A stretch of DNA of 63,960 nt, counting the filler, from Reticulomyxa filosa (lineage: Eukaryota; Protista; Foraminifera): assembly GCA_000512085.1 (NCBI GenBank). It is 24 parts of 24 records of this genome, joined end to end, with 100 filler letters (N's around TTAATTAATTAA, not from the genome) between each part and the next. Parts side by side here need not be neighbours in the genome. Positions count along the whole stretch, not along the records: positions 51,757 to 53,882 come from ASPP01001970.1; positions 53,983 to 55,627 come from ASPP01008011.1; positions 55,728 to 58,310 come from ASPP01028951.1; positions 58,411 to 60,628 come from ASPP01019512.1; positions 60,729 to 63,960 come from ASPP01018989.1; 19 more parts are not named here. One strand, written 5' to 3'. Under the pieces are notes generated by a model that had not been told where the DNA came from, made no database searches, and worked only from the letters and a program-made list of their open reading frames with translations. A program made the translations under genes and the position numbers. This document shows positions 52,079-63,960 of this stretch, piece after piece; the first letter of the stretch is position 1, and each line of letters starts with the position of its first letter.

Positions 52079-53068
52079 TTTAGTTTTTACCAAATAAGAA
52101 ATGAAAGTGTTTTTGTTTGAAAAATTTGATTAAAAAAAAGTAAATTGATATTAAACTTGTTTGATTTGATGAATGCAAGCATTAAAAGATGTGTTTTATT
52201 TTATTTTGTTGCTTAAAAAAATTGAAATGCTGCGTTCAAGTTGTTTAAGGAATTGAAAAGCATAAAAAATAGAATTGTCTAAATATTAAAATAAATTTCA
52301 AGATATTTCAAGTATAGTGTTTTTTGTATAGAATCGAACAAGATTGTTTTTGTAGTAATTCATGATATGTGTCTTTCTGATTTGAAGAACACGAAATATT
52401 AAAATATTATTGTTGTTATTGAATTTTTTTAAAGAATACAATAACAGATATAAAAAAAGGAAAGATTTCTTAGTTTGAAAGACAGATAACAAAGTAAGGA
52501 AAGTTCTTTTGATCGATAAGTGTACTTTGAGTAAAATTCTTGTAAAGGATCAATATAATTCATTTCAAACTAATTGTGGGTCATTGGATAATGCATCAGA
52601 AAGTTAAGAATCGATATTCATTGAAGCTACAATAATCTTGTTATTTTTTATGATATTTCTTTTCTTCTTGTTCATTTTCTCTTTTTATTTCAATTTTTCA
52701 TTGACTGCCAATGTATATTTTTACAAACAAGTGATTCAAATAAAATCTTTTGTTGTAATATTGATAATGCTTTTTCAAGTTTTTTTTTACAAAATATTGG
52801 CTGGGCAGGGGATACAAGTTGCATGACTTTACACAAAAAGTTTTAGAATAAAAAACTAGTGGTGAACATCGTTAAAAACTCCAATCATTATATAATGCAA
52901 AGAAACGAAAAGGATAGACATTCATTTTACATTTTTTTAAGATATGTTTTAACCAAATCAAAAATGTTTATATACAATGACATTTAGTATTTGTCTAATG
53001 CTTTTTTTTCATGTGGTTTTCTGATTAGTTTTATTCTAGCTAAGTTTTTTTGTTAAAAGAAAATACTT

Positions 53069-53731
53069 TTGCCAACTAAAAAAAAGGATAAAATCAACTC
53101 GCAAGGAAGTTCAAATAGCTCAATAAGAACTAGCCCAAGACTAGGTCAAAGAGGCAATAATAAAAAAAGAAAACTAAGTGAAGGTAATGAAAAAACATTG
53201 GCTGTTTCAACATTAAGAACAATACCTGAAAATGGAAGAATGGTGCCACCAAACAAAAGGACAAGATCAACAAAAGTACTAAACACAAATGAAGTAACTA
53301 AAATAAATAATAAAAATAATAGTAATAATAATAATGACAACGAAGAGGTAACAAACAAAAGTAATGACCTAGATGGCGATAAGAAAGAAAATACTAACGA
53401 TATTGATAACAATAATAATGAAAGTCTCTCTATAAATAATAATAGTCAGCCTATAGATGACTTGAGCGACAATGAGAAAAAAGAACAAATATACAACCAA
53501 ATGGACAAACAGATGATAATTGATCAATTACAGGATAAATTAAATGTACTGGAAACAAATTATAACCAATTATTACAGGATATGCAAAATAAATTGGACC
53601 TATTAGGTGAACAAAACAAGCAATTACAAATACAAAATGAAAGTTTAATAAGTAAAAAGATGCGAAATAACGAACATGTACATAATAATAATAAAAATAA
53701 AACAGATACAGTATGTTGCAAAGAAAACTGA
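53069..53731 (+). CDS. Asn/Lys-rich coiled-coil ORF interrupted by a MITE (possible retroelement ORF1)
   Basis: Intronless A-rich 220-codon frame with a basic N-terminus and a coiled coil; the last codons derive from the MITE starting at 53709. Confidence 0.45.
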   Translation: MPTKKKDKINSQGSSNSSIRTSPRLGQRGNNKKRKLSEGNEKTLAVSTLRTIPENGRMVPPNKRTRSTKVLNTNEVTKINNKNNSNNNNDNEEVTNKSNDLDGDKKENTNDIDNNNNESLSINNNSQPIDDLSDNEKKEQIYNQMDKQMIIDQLQDKLNVLETNYNQLLQDMQNKLDLLGEQNKQLQIQNESLISKKMRNNEHVHNNNKNKTDTVCCKEN

Positions 53732-53882
53732 ACGCCTAAAACATATCTTATGAGATAATTGATTTTCTCAATGAAAAATCAACATTTAGACCTAATTTTT
53801 TAAAAAGATTCCTAAAATGAAAACAAAAAGATTTAAAAATTTCTTATTTTCAATACAGGTTCAATTTATATGAACTCCTTCG
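53709..53882. mobile_element. MITE family A, left part
   Basis: TA|CAGTATGTTGCAAAGAAAACTG...; the internal AAATGAAAACAAAAAGATTTAAAAATTTCTTATTTTCAATAC is shared with 38580-38621. Confidence 0.88.
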
Positions 53883-54013
53883 NNNNNNNNNNNNNNNNNN
53901 NNNNNNNNNNNNNNNNNNNNNNNNNNTTAATTAATTAANNNNNNNNNNNNNNNNNNNNNNNNNNNNNNNNNNNNNNNNNNNNTATATATATACGTATATG
54001 TATGTATAAATAG

Positions 54014-54478
54014 ATTATGTGGGTTCCCTCCATTCTTTGATCCGAACAATAATATGAAAAACTTATATCATTTGATCAAAAAAGCAAAGTACGCATTTCC
54101 TTCTCCGTTTTGGGATGAGATATCTGATGACGCCAAAGATTTCGTTAAAAAATGTCTTGTCTTAGATCCGAAAGAAAGATTGACTGCTTCGCAAGTGTTG
54201 GAACATCCCTGGGTTGCTGTTTAGTTTTTTTTTTTTCTCCCCCTTTTTTTTTTTTTTTTTATCAAATGCTATACCTTGCCTAATTCGATGCTCCCCCTCC
54301 ACACCCCTTCTCCTCTCCTTCACAACTTTAGGGCAAGGCTGCGTCAAGTGGAGAATTTTCTGAAAAGTATTTGGAACAAATGCAAAAATGGCAATCAACA
54401 AGACATCAAACTGAATTGCATATTGGAGACAAACCAAAGACTGATGACATCGACAATGTTGATGAATCAGAAAATTAA
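54014..54478 (+). CDS. CaMK-family Ser/Thr kinase, C-terminal exons
   Basis: Not in the ORF track: LCGFPPFFD...FPSPFWDEISDDAKDFVKKCLVLDPKERLTASQVLEHPWV (54014-54218), an intron, then last exon 54332-54478. Confidence 0.92.
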
Positions 54479-55076
54479 CCATAATTGTTTTATATTCAAT
54501 AATTAAAATCCATGAAAAACAAAATATGACATTTGTGTGAACAATTACCTTTTGATGTTTTAATAATGCATGTTTTTTTTGTTTTTGTTTTTGTTTTTTT
54601 AGCAAGGGAATGGAAGAAAAAAAAAAAGTATGTTGACTATTTTTTCTTGCGTAAACTCAAATGTTACACATCTAAAAAGGTTGTATAAAGTTAAATTGAT
54701 TGGTATCTAATGAGTCTCGTAATTAAGTGCTATTATTCATTGTCATGTACTCATCCAAAGAAACAAGAAAAAAAATCAGCATTAATGCAGTATTCAAGGG
54801 TTTACACGTAGGAACGAAAGCTGTTTAAAAGTGAAATTTACATTGTATATCATGCAAATTAAAAATAGCCATTCTTTCTTTTTCAAAACTTGTGATATAT
54901 TTGGAATTCCTTAGTTAGACTTCAATCTTTTTTGAATCATTACAAAAAGTTTTTTCAGCCTAATGAGAACAAACCATTCAAGATAACACAATTAAAAGAG
55001 AAACACACAAAGGAGAACACTAAAAAAAAACGGTTTTTTAGCGTGTTGTTCGGCTGTTTGCACGTTCTTTGACAGG

Positions 55077-55568
55077 ATGAGCCGTTTGACCGCAGAGTTG
55101 AAAGCGTTTGGACCAGAGCTGAGCGCAACAATATTGGAGATATATTTGCGCTTGGACGAAGTGGATGACGTTGTAGAATCGAACCTAAGAAATCGACGCG
55201 TGACCGAGCTAGTAACAAACATAGACAAAACCAAACAACAAATTAATGACGTATTCAACGATTTGATAAAGCTGCTGAACAATCGCCGGAATACGTTGTT
55301 GGCAGAGTTGGAGACAATACGAAGAGATAAAGAGAAGGAATTGAAAGAGCAAGGAGCACGAGACATAAAAATCCAAAAGGCTCTGTCAGGATATCGAGTA
55401 TCCCTCCGAAAAATTATAGGTGATATGAACATGCCAACAGAAGCAAAACGTGCCAAAGTCGCCGTGATTGCAGATGAGTACAAAGCAAAAAAAGATTTAG
55501 TTCCCAACGTTGACGATATCACATTAACTATGGCCTCATTGCGTTGTGCCACCCAACCAATGGAGCAA
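55077..55568 (+). CDS. Coiled-coil protein resembling the B-box C-terminal (BBC) coiled coil, partial
   Basis: QINDVFNDLIKLLNNRRNTLLAELETIRRDKEKEL follows the TRIM-type BBC pattern; probable intron afterwards. Confidence 0.55.
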
Positions 55569-55590
55569 GTTTTTTAATATTTGCCCCCCC

Positions 55591-55627
<37 letters not shown>

Positions 55628-56751
55628 NNNNNNNNNNNNNNNNNNNNNNNNNNNNNNNNNNNNNNNNNNNNTTAATTAATTAANNNNNNNNNNNNNNNNN
55701 NNNNNNNNNNNNNNNNNNNNNNNNNNNATTATTTGAACTCTTTTTCGTTTGTTTAATTTGTATTGCAAGTTAAGTTCGTAAAGTATAACCATTTTAAGAT
55801 AGAAATAACTTATTTATTTTCGGATTTTTGAATGACAACATTGATATGCCCATCAAAAAAATGTTCATACTTTTGATTTGTCATTACATCATTATTACTG
55901 TATTTTTTCTCTGGTTTTAATAAAATTGGAGTATGTGGAAGGTTATTCCTTTTTATGTTTCATGCCTTAAATCCAAGTATCCAAATATTTTAAAAATAGC
56001 ATATTTAGAAAAAGAGATTAGCATGAAATATTACAACTGAAAACAAAAATCAATAAAACAGAAAACGAAAAAATTTTATCCCAAAAAAAAAACAATATTA
56101 CATAGCTAAACAGTTACATATCTCATCATCAATGTATGTTTATATAGAGTCAATTAAAAAAACTCGATTTTGAATTTTTTTGTGAAAATTCCATCTAAAA
56201 AAAGCAAAATGATATTAATCTATTTTATAGTTCATTTAAACGTCTAATTTATATTGGTGATACAAAAATTTCCTTTTTGGTTCTTTACTTTTGAAATAAA
56301 TTGATAACACATCTTGTTCAAATTTTTTCGGCAAACATACAATAATGTTTTCTTGTTTCGGCATGTGATACATTCATTACTTTTAAATGCTTGTTTATTA
56401 CTCTATAGACTTTTTAGTTGTTGTTTTCATACAAATAGTTATGTTCTTAAACAGTAAGTTTTAAACAACTCGAAATATTTACTTCACAGAAATCATTCGA
56501 TTTTGTCAAAATAGTTTAATAAGCGTCTCAAAAATGACTGAAAAACAAGCAAACGGAACGTACTCAAGGGAACTGTGGAATATTATATTCCTAACAAAAA
56601 AGTTATTTGAGCAAAAATGTTTTGATCAAAAGAGCTTGGTTTATTGGTTTATTAAAACAAATTTATTTAAAAAATACTTAAAAATGGATTTTATCAACAA
56701 TCTGATAACAAAACAATGTTAAAGATAGCAAACACATTTAGCTGTGATTCT

Positions 56752-58033
56752 TCAAAATTTATTTGATCTACTGTATTTCATAATAATTTGATTAAAATCA
56801 TCGATCCATCCTAATTTTATCTTTAAAACTCGAATCCAATATTCAATAATACATTTCATTTCATTTTTTGACTTTTTATTATTATTTATCAATCAGTTTT
56901 ATACAATATAATTTATTTTGTTTCATCAAAATAAATAAACAAATCATTACCAAATATGAAGGGTCCCATAAACGCACGTTTGTCTTCATGTGAGTTGACA
57001 CTATTGCTCTTTCATCTTCTCCTCCAATGATATGTATATGATTGTCTTCTTCATTCAATATTGCGACACAATCTCTCAATGGACTGGGTAAAGTGCTTTG
57101 AAATGTCGTCCATTTGTTTTCTCGAATTGAATACTTGTGCGCTGACTTTGAAACAACAGTATCAACAAAATACTCCCAACTACATCCACCAAAGAACAAG
57201 ATGATATCATTGATACACACATATGCATATGAATAGAATCTTGCAATATCATCACATACAGGTAGTCGATGAAATTGAAAAGTGTTGTTATCTTCATCAT
57301 ATTCAATTAACAATCCTGTCCTTTGACAAAACAATATCATTTGATAATTTTGTTTATTTGTTTTCATCATTTCTTGTCTATTTTCTGACTTTGATACAAA
57401 GCATTGAAATAATACGTTATCTTTAGTTGGTAAAATATCATGTTTAATAAATTGAAATGTATTTAAATCAAACACACTAATATCATTTCGTCCATAAGTA
57501 ATAAATAACAAATGATTATTTCTTCCACCAACCACTGCACGCGCTCCAATATAATTGTAATTTTCATCTCTTCCAATGATAATTGAATGGTTGTGATTGT
57601 CTGTAAAGGGAATCCATTGATTGTAATTATTGAATTCATTTGATTTGTTTAATTTGTTTGATATATTACCCCAAATACTTACATATTTCATCACTAATGT
57701 ATGTTTATTTTCTCCACACCAATCAGATCCAAAAGACAACAAAGTGATTTGATTATTGTCGTTATCTACCAGTTTCACTACACAGTGTCCTTTTAATATA
57801 ACATCACTTGGATACTCACAAATAAGCTTGTATTCATTTTTGAATGTATGATAAGAATAACAAGTTCTTTGTTGGGTACCTCCACAAATGAGGATCTCGT
57901 GTTTGTATACCACACATTGAGAATTATGAAGTGGAGTGGGCAACTCCTTCAAAGCTTGAAAAGGCGCAATAAGTTGTTGACTTTGTTTAGTTTGTCTTTT
58001 AGGTTGTGTTTGTGTTGTATTTCGATTATCCAT
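56752..58033 (-). CDS. Kelch-repeat beta-propeller protein (paralogue of 26058-27290)
   Basis: Same blade motifs; intron 56950-56872 at the same position as in the paralogue; last exon SKNEMKCIIEYWIRVLKIKLGWIDDFNQIIMKYSRSNKF*. Confidence 0.9.
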
Positions 58034-58255
58034 GTTAATGCTGCTGAATTTTTTAAAGAGTTTTTAAAAAGAGGATTTGACAAGACCCTTTTGAAAAACA
58101 AAAAAGCAATCAAAAATGTATTTGCATGGGCATTTTTTATTTGATAATGAAACAAAAAAATGCACATAATTGAAAAAAGAACTAACTAGCCGTATCTCTT
58201 TAAAACATAAACGACGTCACATTCAATTATTGTATTGAGAACGGTTCACAAACTA

Positions 58256-58310
58256 CAGTATGTTGTAAAGAAAACTGAGCGCATAAAACGATATCCTATG
58301 ATGATAATTG
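58256..58310. mobile_element. MITE family A, left end
   Basis: TA|CAGTATGTTGTAAAGAAAACTGAGCGCATAAAAC, cut by the contig end. Confidence 0.8.
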
Positions 58311-59232
58311 NNNNNNNNNNNNNNNNNNNNNNNNNNNNNNNNNNNNNNNNNNNNTTAATTAATTAANNNNNNNNNNNNNNNNNNNNNNNNNNNNNNNNNN
58401 NNNNNNNNNNTGTTGTGATATTCCCTTTCTGCTAAATTATAATGATTATTTTTGGTCAAATTATTTCTACTTTCTTTAGACAAAAATGGATAAAGTAAAA
58501 GAAAAAGTGGATGAATTGTTGATGTAGATTGATTATTTTTTTTTTTATTGAGTCTTACTAACAAAAATTAGTTAAAGTTTTTTTTTTTTTACACACAATA
58601 CGATAATTAATTTCAATGTTTTCTCTTTTTTTGATTTTTTCTCTCATGCATACTCAAAAAAAAAACATCAAATGAGCCAACATATTTTTTGTCAAACAAC
58701 TTTCAAACTCTGTCCCCGTGGAAAAAGAATAAAGTGCTGGCCTGACTTGAACTTGATAGAAATATTAGAAACATATATATGCAATCGAGCTCGGACAATT
58801 AATCTTTGATCTACCATATTATCTTTTTTGAATACTCACTTCTCGGTATTCTGTTATTAGACACTCGGACGGTTGATTGTGAAGTTAGAAAGAAGGTATT
58901 CATATAAAGTTTGAAAGATTGGAGTATTTTCAAAAAAAATTCGGAATAAAAAATATTCAAAAAAAACAATGCTGGGATCAATCTTTTGATAGAAAAAAAT
59001 AGACGTAAAGGGTGCCTATGTCCATTCATTTTTTACTATTTTGCGTATCCATGATCGCAAATACATGGACAATATTAAATAGAGACCCTCCCCCTTTTAT
59101 ATGTCCCATTAGAGCACATCCACTTTGGTATATTTCTTTTTAATATTTTATGTAAATTAATTATTAAAAGAGATGAAATTTGTAAATTATTCATTTTAAA
59201 AAAATTTATTAATATATATATGTACATATTCA

Positions 59233-59674
59233 TCACCAAATATGAATTGGACCATTATATGAACCATAATATAAATAATTACCACAATTATCATTATAAT
59301 CTTTTTTCTTTTTTAATGATATAAATTTAATGCATTTTATTCCATTATCTTTTTCATTATCTCCTTTAATCATATACAATTCACTCTTATTTGATCGAAT
59401 ATCCCAAAATCGAATTGTATTATCATTTGATCCTGAATATATTACATTTGAATTACCATTAATTACTATATTATTTATTATAAATGGTGAATATTCAACT
59501 GTTTCTACATTATATGTATGTCCATTAAATATTTGAATTTGTCCACCAGATCGAATATCCCATAAACGAATACTACTATCAGATGATCCAGATAATATTG
59601 TATTTGATCCATATTTTACACTTTTAACCCAATTATTATGTCCTTTATATATAATTAATTGTTTTGTTGTTTCA
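59233..59674 (-). pseudogene. 5'-truncated WD40-repeat copy
   Basis: Begins mid-repeat (ETTKQLIIYKGHNNWVKSVKY) next to unrelated sequence and runs through SGSNDNTIRFWDIR to GPIHIW*. Confidence 0.75.
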
Positions 59675-59964
59675 GGGAAAGAATCAAGTATTGTTTGTTA
59701 ATGCACATAAATCATTATAACGGATAATGGTAATACGTTTTTGAACTTCTAAAAAAGTTGAAATTTTGTACTTTAATAATCGTTATTGGAGAACCAAACA
59801 TAAAAAGAAAGGGTTTCTTTAATAAAATAGGCATCTAAACAATTTAAGGTCTGTTAAAAACTTCTATCTTAAGATCTAAAAAAAATGGAGTTTTTTTTCT
59901 TGCGAAAGTACGTTCTTATCTCTTTTTCACTCCAAAAGCTATTTTAATAGACAAAGCAAAGCGT

Positions 59965-60287
59965 AAAGGAATGTCAGACAACAACGATGATAATAGCAAT
60001 ATTAATGTCATAAACGAAGAGGATAAGAAATATGAAGTTGTTGGTGGTAATTCAGATATGACATGCTCTGGGTCTGTCGATAATACAATTTAATTTTGGG
60101 ATATTCGATTAAATAAGAATGGATTTTATGTAATTAAAGGAGATGAGAAAGAAGATTGTGGAATAGCATGTTTTAAATTTATTGGATTGAAAAAAAAGAG
60201 AAGAGCAGCAAAGATGCAAAGAATGGAACATATCATTTGAAGTTATGTTATGGTTCAGGCAATAGTCCTATTCGTATTTGGGGATAA
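59965..60287 (+). pseudogene. 5'-truncated WD40-repeat copy
   Basis: CSGSVDNTI*FWDIRLNKN...LCYGSGNSPIRIWG* with an in-frame stop. Confidence 0.75.
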
Positions 60288-60865
60288 TTTACTTTTGTTC
60301 AGAAAGAAATGACAGTGAAAATTTTGATTAAAAAAAAGGTAAAAATAATATTAAACTTGTTTGAATTGGTTGAATGCAAGAACTGGTCTTATTTTGTTGC
60401 TTGAAAAAAAATTCAAATATTTGTGTTCACTATAAATTATTTCAAAATAACATTATTTATATTCATAAATTTGATATCTTTGAGATCATTTTGAAAATAA
60501 AATAAAAGTTAATGATATCTTCAGTTTGTATTGACATACAAATATTTTCCTCAGTGTTTTTGACAACCCCTTCATTAATCTTGAGAGAAAAAAAGTTCAA
60601 ACATTTTTCATCTCACCATCATCTAAAANNNNNNNNNNNNNNNNNNNNNNNNNNNNNNNNNNNNNNNNNNNNTTAATTAATTAANNNNNNNNNNNNNNNN
60701 NNNNNNNNNNNNNNNNNNNNNNNNNNNNCAACACTTACAAATTGGACATTTGTCGTCGTTATGTTACATATTACATATAATATATATAAATATATATATA
60801 TTTATATATATTATATGTAATATGTAAGTTTTGTTTTTGCGTTTGTTTTTTTTTTTTTTTTGTAG

Positions 60866-62501
60866 CATTTTAATCGAGAAACATGTGCAATTGTGGATGT
60901 TGGTGAAACAGTGCCATTTTTGTGGTAAAGATATTGACGGCAATGCTAAATGGACAGGCCGGGACTTGGTTTTGTCGACAAATGTTTGAAATGCTTACCG
61001 CTCAAAAAAAAATAAAGTCGACCAGTAAAATACCCAGCTTGGCGAAACGTCTGTCTCGACGCATTCGCTGTGGCAACGAATGCCAAAGTAGCAACAATAC
61101 CTTGGCGTCGATGCTCCAGGATTTTTGTAAAAAAAAAATCACGACAGAGGATGTCACAATGTCACCCTGCGTTTCAAAGGCAATGAAAGAGGGTGACATT
61201 TCGGAGGAACGTGAAGACACAAAACATAACATGTCATAGAAAACTTCCCCAATCTCATCACATTGTTGATCCAAGTGCTGAGGAAATGCCAAGAGTACTT
61301 GAAACAGCTGATAACCAATTCATCCTATCGCTATGACAATCCGCAACGATTTAGACATATGAAAAATGAAACGGTGATATTGGAGAGCCAGTGCTTGCAT
61401 CTGCTGCATGTGTTTTGGTCGTATTCACAATATTGGGATATGCATGATGAAAATGACATGACATCCGAAATTGTGGTGCTTATCGACCGGATCATTGCTG
61501 ACAATATGTCCTTACTTGCATCCAAACTGACTGGCGTGGAGATGCTTATACAATTGATTCATCGACGATGTGAAAAGAATATCAATGCTATCAAAGGTAT
61601 CACTGTTGAAATCATTGGTACTGTGGTCTCTTCTTTCATCCATTATCACACTGAAATCAAAATGAAAAGGATGGACAACGGAAATGACGATCATCAGAAC
61701 GATAATTGCAATAGCAATGGCAATCTTTTGAACAGTGAAATGCAGACCAATTATGAACAAAGGAGGGGACAACAGTATGAATTCTCTGTATTGCAATTCT
61801 TGAAACAAACAATGACATTACTTTTAGAATGGTGGAAGTGGTATGGTCAGAATGGATTGTATTTAAGTGAATGGCTACATCGAACATGGATTGTGAAGGA
61901 GATCGATGCTCGCTTGGATCACAAAAGCAAATCTATCAAGTATCAACCCACAAGCAAACCTTTTGTATATATTTTGGTACAATCAATACTCATGCATCTT
62001 CATTTGCTTACCAACCATTATTCTTCTTATCGCTTTGAAGTTGTCGAAAACGAATCACCACTATGCAATACTGTTTCTACTACACACCAAAAAAAGTTAT
62101 CTAAAAATGATTTGGCGAATAAAAGTGCTCGAGATTATATCACTCAATGCTATAAGTTTGATAGTATTTATACCCCAAAGTACTATTTCAATAGTTTGCT
62201 GTCTTCTGTGCTTCAGAAACAAGTACATCCAGCACTGGAAGTGGAGAGACTTGATCTCATAAAAATAACTATGCATTTACTAAAACTTATAATTGAAGAT
62301 ATTGAAAGTCGATGTGCAACGAGCAAACAATTTGAAGAATCTCTTGATTTATATCTCAAGAATTCGTGCCGTCATCTTTACCATTGGATTTCATTGTTAA
62401 GTGAACATGTTCAAGTACGTTCCGACACATTAGCTTCTTTGGCATTTCAACTTCGAAATATATTAACTGCTTTTGATGACGATCTTGAAATTCTTAAATA
62501 A
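60866..62501 (+). CDS. Large helical hypothetical protein, C-terminal part
   Basis: 412-aa ORF 61263-62501 plus upstream frame 60922-61210; joining needs a 29-nt intron or an indel; no family recognised. Confidence 0.7.
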
Positions 62502-62783
62502 AGCGATTTACAAATTTATTTTAAGTTTAATATCTTTTTTTGGATTATGTGTCAAAAAAATCCGTTGTTTAGTTTATCTATCTTTCATTTGGAATTGTTG
62601 GAATATCAATTTTATTTTGTTCAAATAAAGTTTTTTTTCACAAAAGATTCAAAATTTAGAAAACCTTTCACTAGCATTTCAATTTTGCATTCAAAAGCAC
62701 AAAAAAAAAAAAAAATAAGCTTGTGCGAAGATCAAAGAATCAAAGATTGCAATGTGTAATGAAACGGCAAGATATATGGCAAT

Positions 62784-63275
62784 GGATGTATGAATTTTGG
62801 GCTCGCAAACGCGAAGTGTTGAACTACATTCAACCGAAACTGGTTCGCAATTTTACTGCGATCGGATTTGCTCACTCACTTGGACGATGAGATCTTTGTG
62901 CTGACCAACTTTTGAAAACGCACAAGAACGAGGAAGGGGCGGCGGGCCTATCATAAACCAAAAAAGTTTTCCACATTCATGGCCTATTTGCCAGGTCTGA
63001 ACGGCTCAAACTTGAAACATAGGCCAACATTTCAAGCTTGGAACTCACTTCTTTGTATGGAACACGCACACGTGGCACACTTGTCATTAGTGCCATGACA
63101 GCAAGTTAGACCAGGGAAAAGATTGGCCATTGCACATTGATACAATTAGTTTACAATGAAGTCAGGAGATGTCATGTTTTACGAAAGTACAAAATGCGGG
63201 CACTCCAGTTTTAAACTGTTACCTGGCGAATATTGTGACAATATTTTTATTCACTTTAAACCTACTGACAACATA
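62784..63275 (+). pseudogene. 2OG-Fe(II) oxygenase-like pseudogene
   Basis: Not in the ORF track: QPKLVRNFTAIGF, LELTSLYG, DWPLHI and MKSGDVMFYESTKCGH...GEYCDNIFIHFKP in shifting frames with stops. Confidence 0.6.
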
Positions 63276-63960
63276 TTTGAATTATAATTGATTTTAGATT
63301 TAGAATTTAACGAGAAAAAAATTTAGCTTTCTTTTGTTTAGTTTGATTTTAATTTTTATTTCGAACTTGGCTTCAATGACAACTGTCTTTGCAAAATTCT
63401 TCCTATAAATATTTTAAATACACTATCAATTAGTAAATATGTAATTGAATCTTTTCTTGACTGTTCAATTAATGTTGATCAAAATTTGCGGTGGATTTGG
63501 GTTGTTGATGTTTTTTCTTAGGCTTGCGTTTTGGCCAGATAATACTGCTAGCTTCTTTTTTTCATTTAAAATTTTAATTATGATATTAAAAAAATGATTA
63601 TTTCTTTTTAAACTTTTTTTACATGACTGAAAAATTGTGATTTGATTTTTTTTTTCAGTATTTTTAAATTTCATTTTTTTCAATTTAAGATATATTTTTA
63701 TATTTTTTGTTTTTCTTCTTCATGGAAGTGAATGTTTCGATAGTGTTTGCAAAATATGATCAAGTTGAAATGTTTAAATGCAATCTGATCAAAGCTGAAT
63801 TGATTATTACATGATTTACCATGAAATAAAATTGCACAAATTTGATGTAATTGAAGTGGATATTCCATATGTTTATGAATATCATTATGATACAATATTC
63901 TTCAATTTATTTAATATTTTTATCTGTTTATCGTTGCTTCTTAGGGATTAGATCAAATCT

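Noticed and set aside
3147-60728. Regularly recurring TTAATTAATTAA palindrome flanked by Ns, superficially array-like
   Set aside because: It is an artificial contig linker with six-frame stops. It also means gene neighbourhoods across spacers (e.g. ParA next to the caspase contig) cannot be read as operons or systems.

Overview
This window is not one locus. It is 24 short, AT-rich eukaryotic contigs joined by 23 artificial 100-nt spacers (N44-TTAATTAATTAA-N44), so adjacency across a spacer carries no meaning. The GT-AG introns with poly-T/poly-A and (TA)n tracts, the expanded WD40, kelch and PPR families, the caspase-like remnant and the many pseudogenes resemble the foraminiferan Reticulomyxa filosa (inference from family recognition, not a search). 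Recognisable genes, mostly partial: importin-beta/importin-5-like, ankyrin protein, ABCB/MDR transporter, RPEL protein, nocturnin-like EEP, two kelch proteins, SAM protein, PP2A B56, a large PT-repeat mucin, PH protein, Aha1-N protein, PPR protein, SNF1/AMPK C-terminus, CaMK-like kinase and a LINE endonuclease. Pseudogenes include WD40, caspase-like, M13 peptidase and 2OG-Fe(II) oxygenase copies, and there are two TA-flanked MITE families. Highlights: (1) an intron-containing gene fusing a Csm6-type CARF-like Rossmann domain to a zinc cytidine-deaminase domain, a candidate eukaryotic nucleotide-messenger-gated deaminase; (2) a bacterial-type ParA/Soj ATPase split by spliceosomal introns, whose Walker A exon is missed by the ORF track; (3) a ~30-aa WIRxLxIKxGWIxxFxxIIxxY module shared by the C-termini of kelch proteins and the N-terminus of a WD40 protein.
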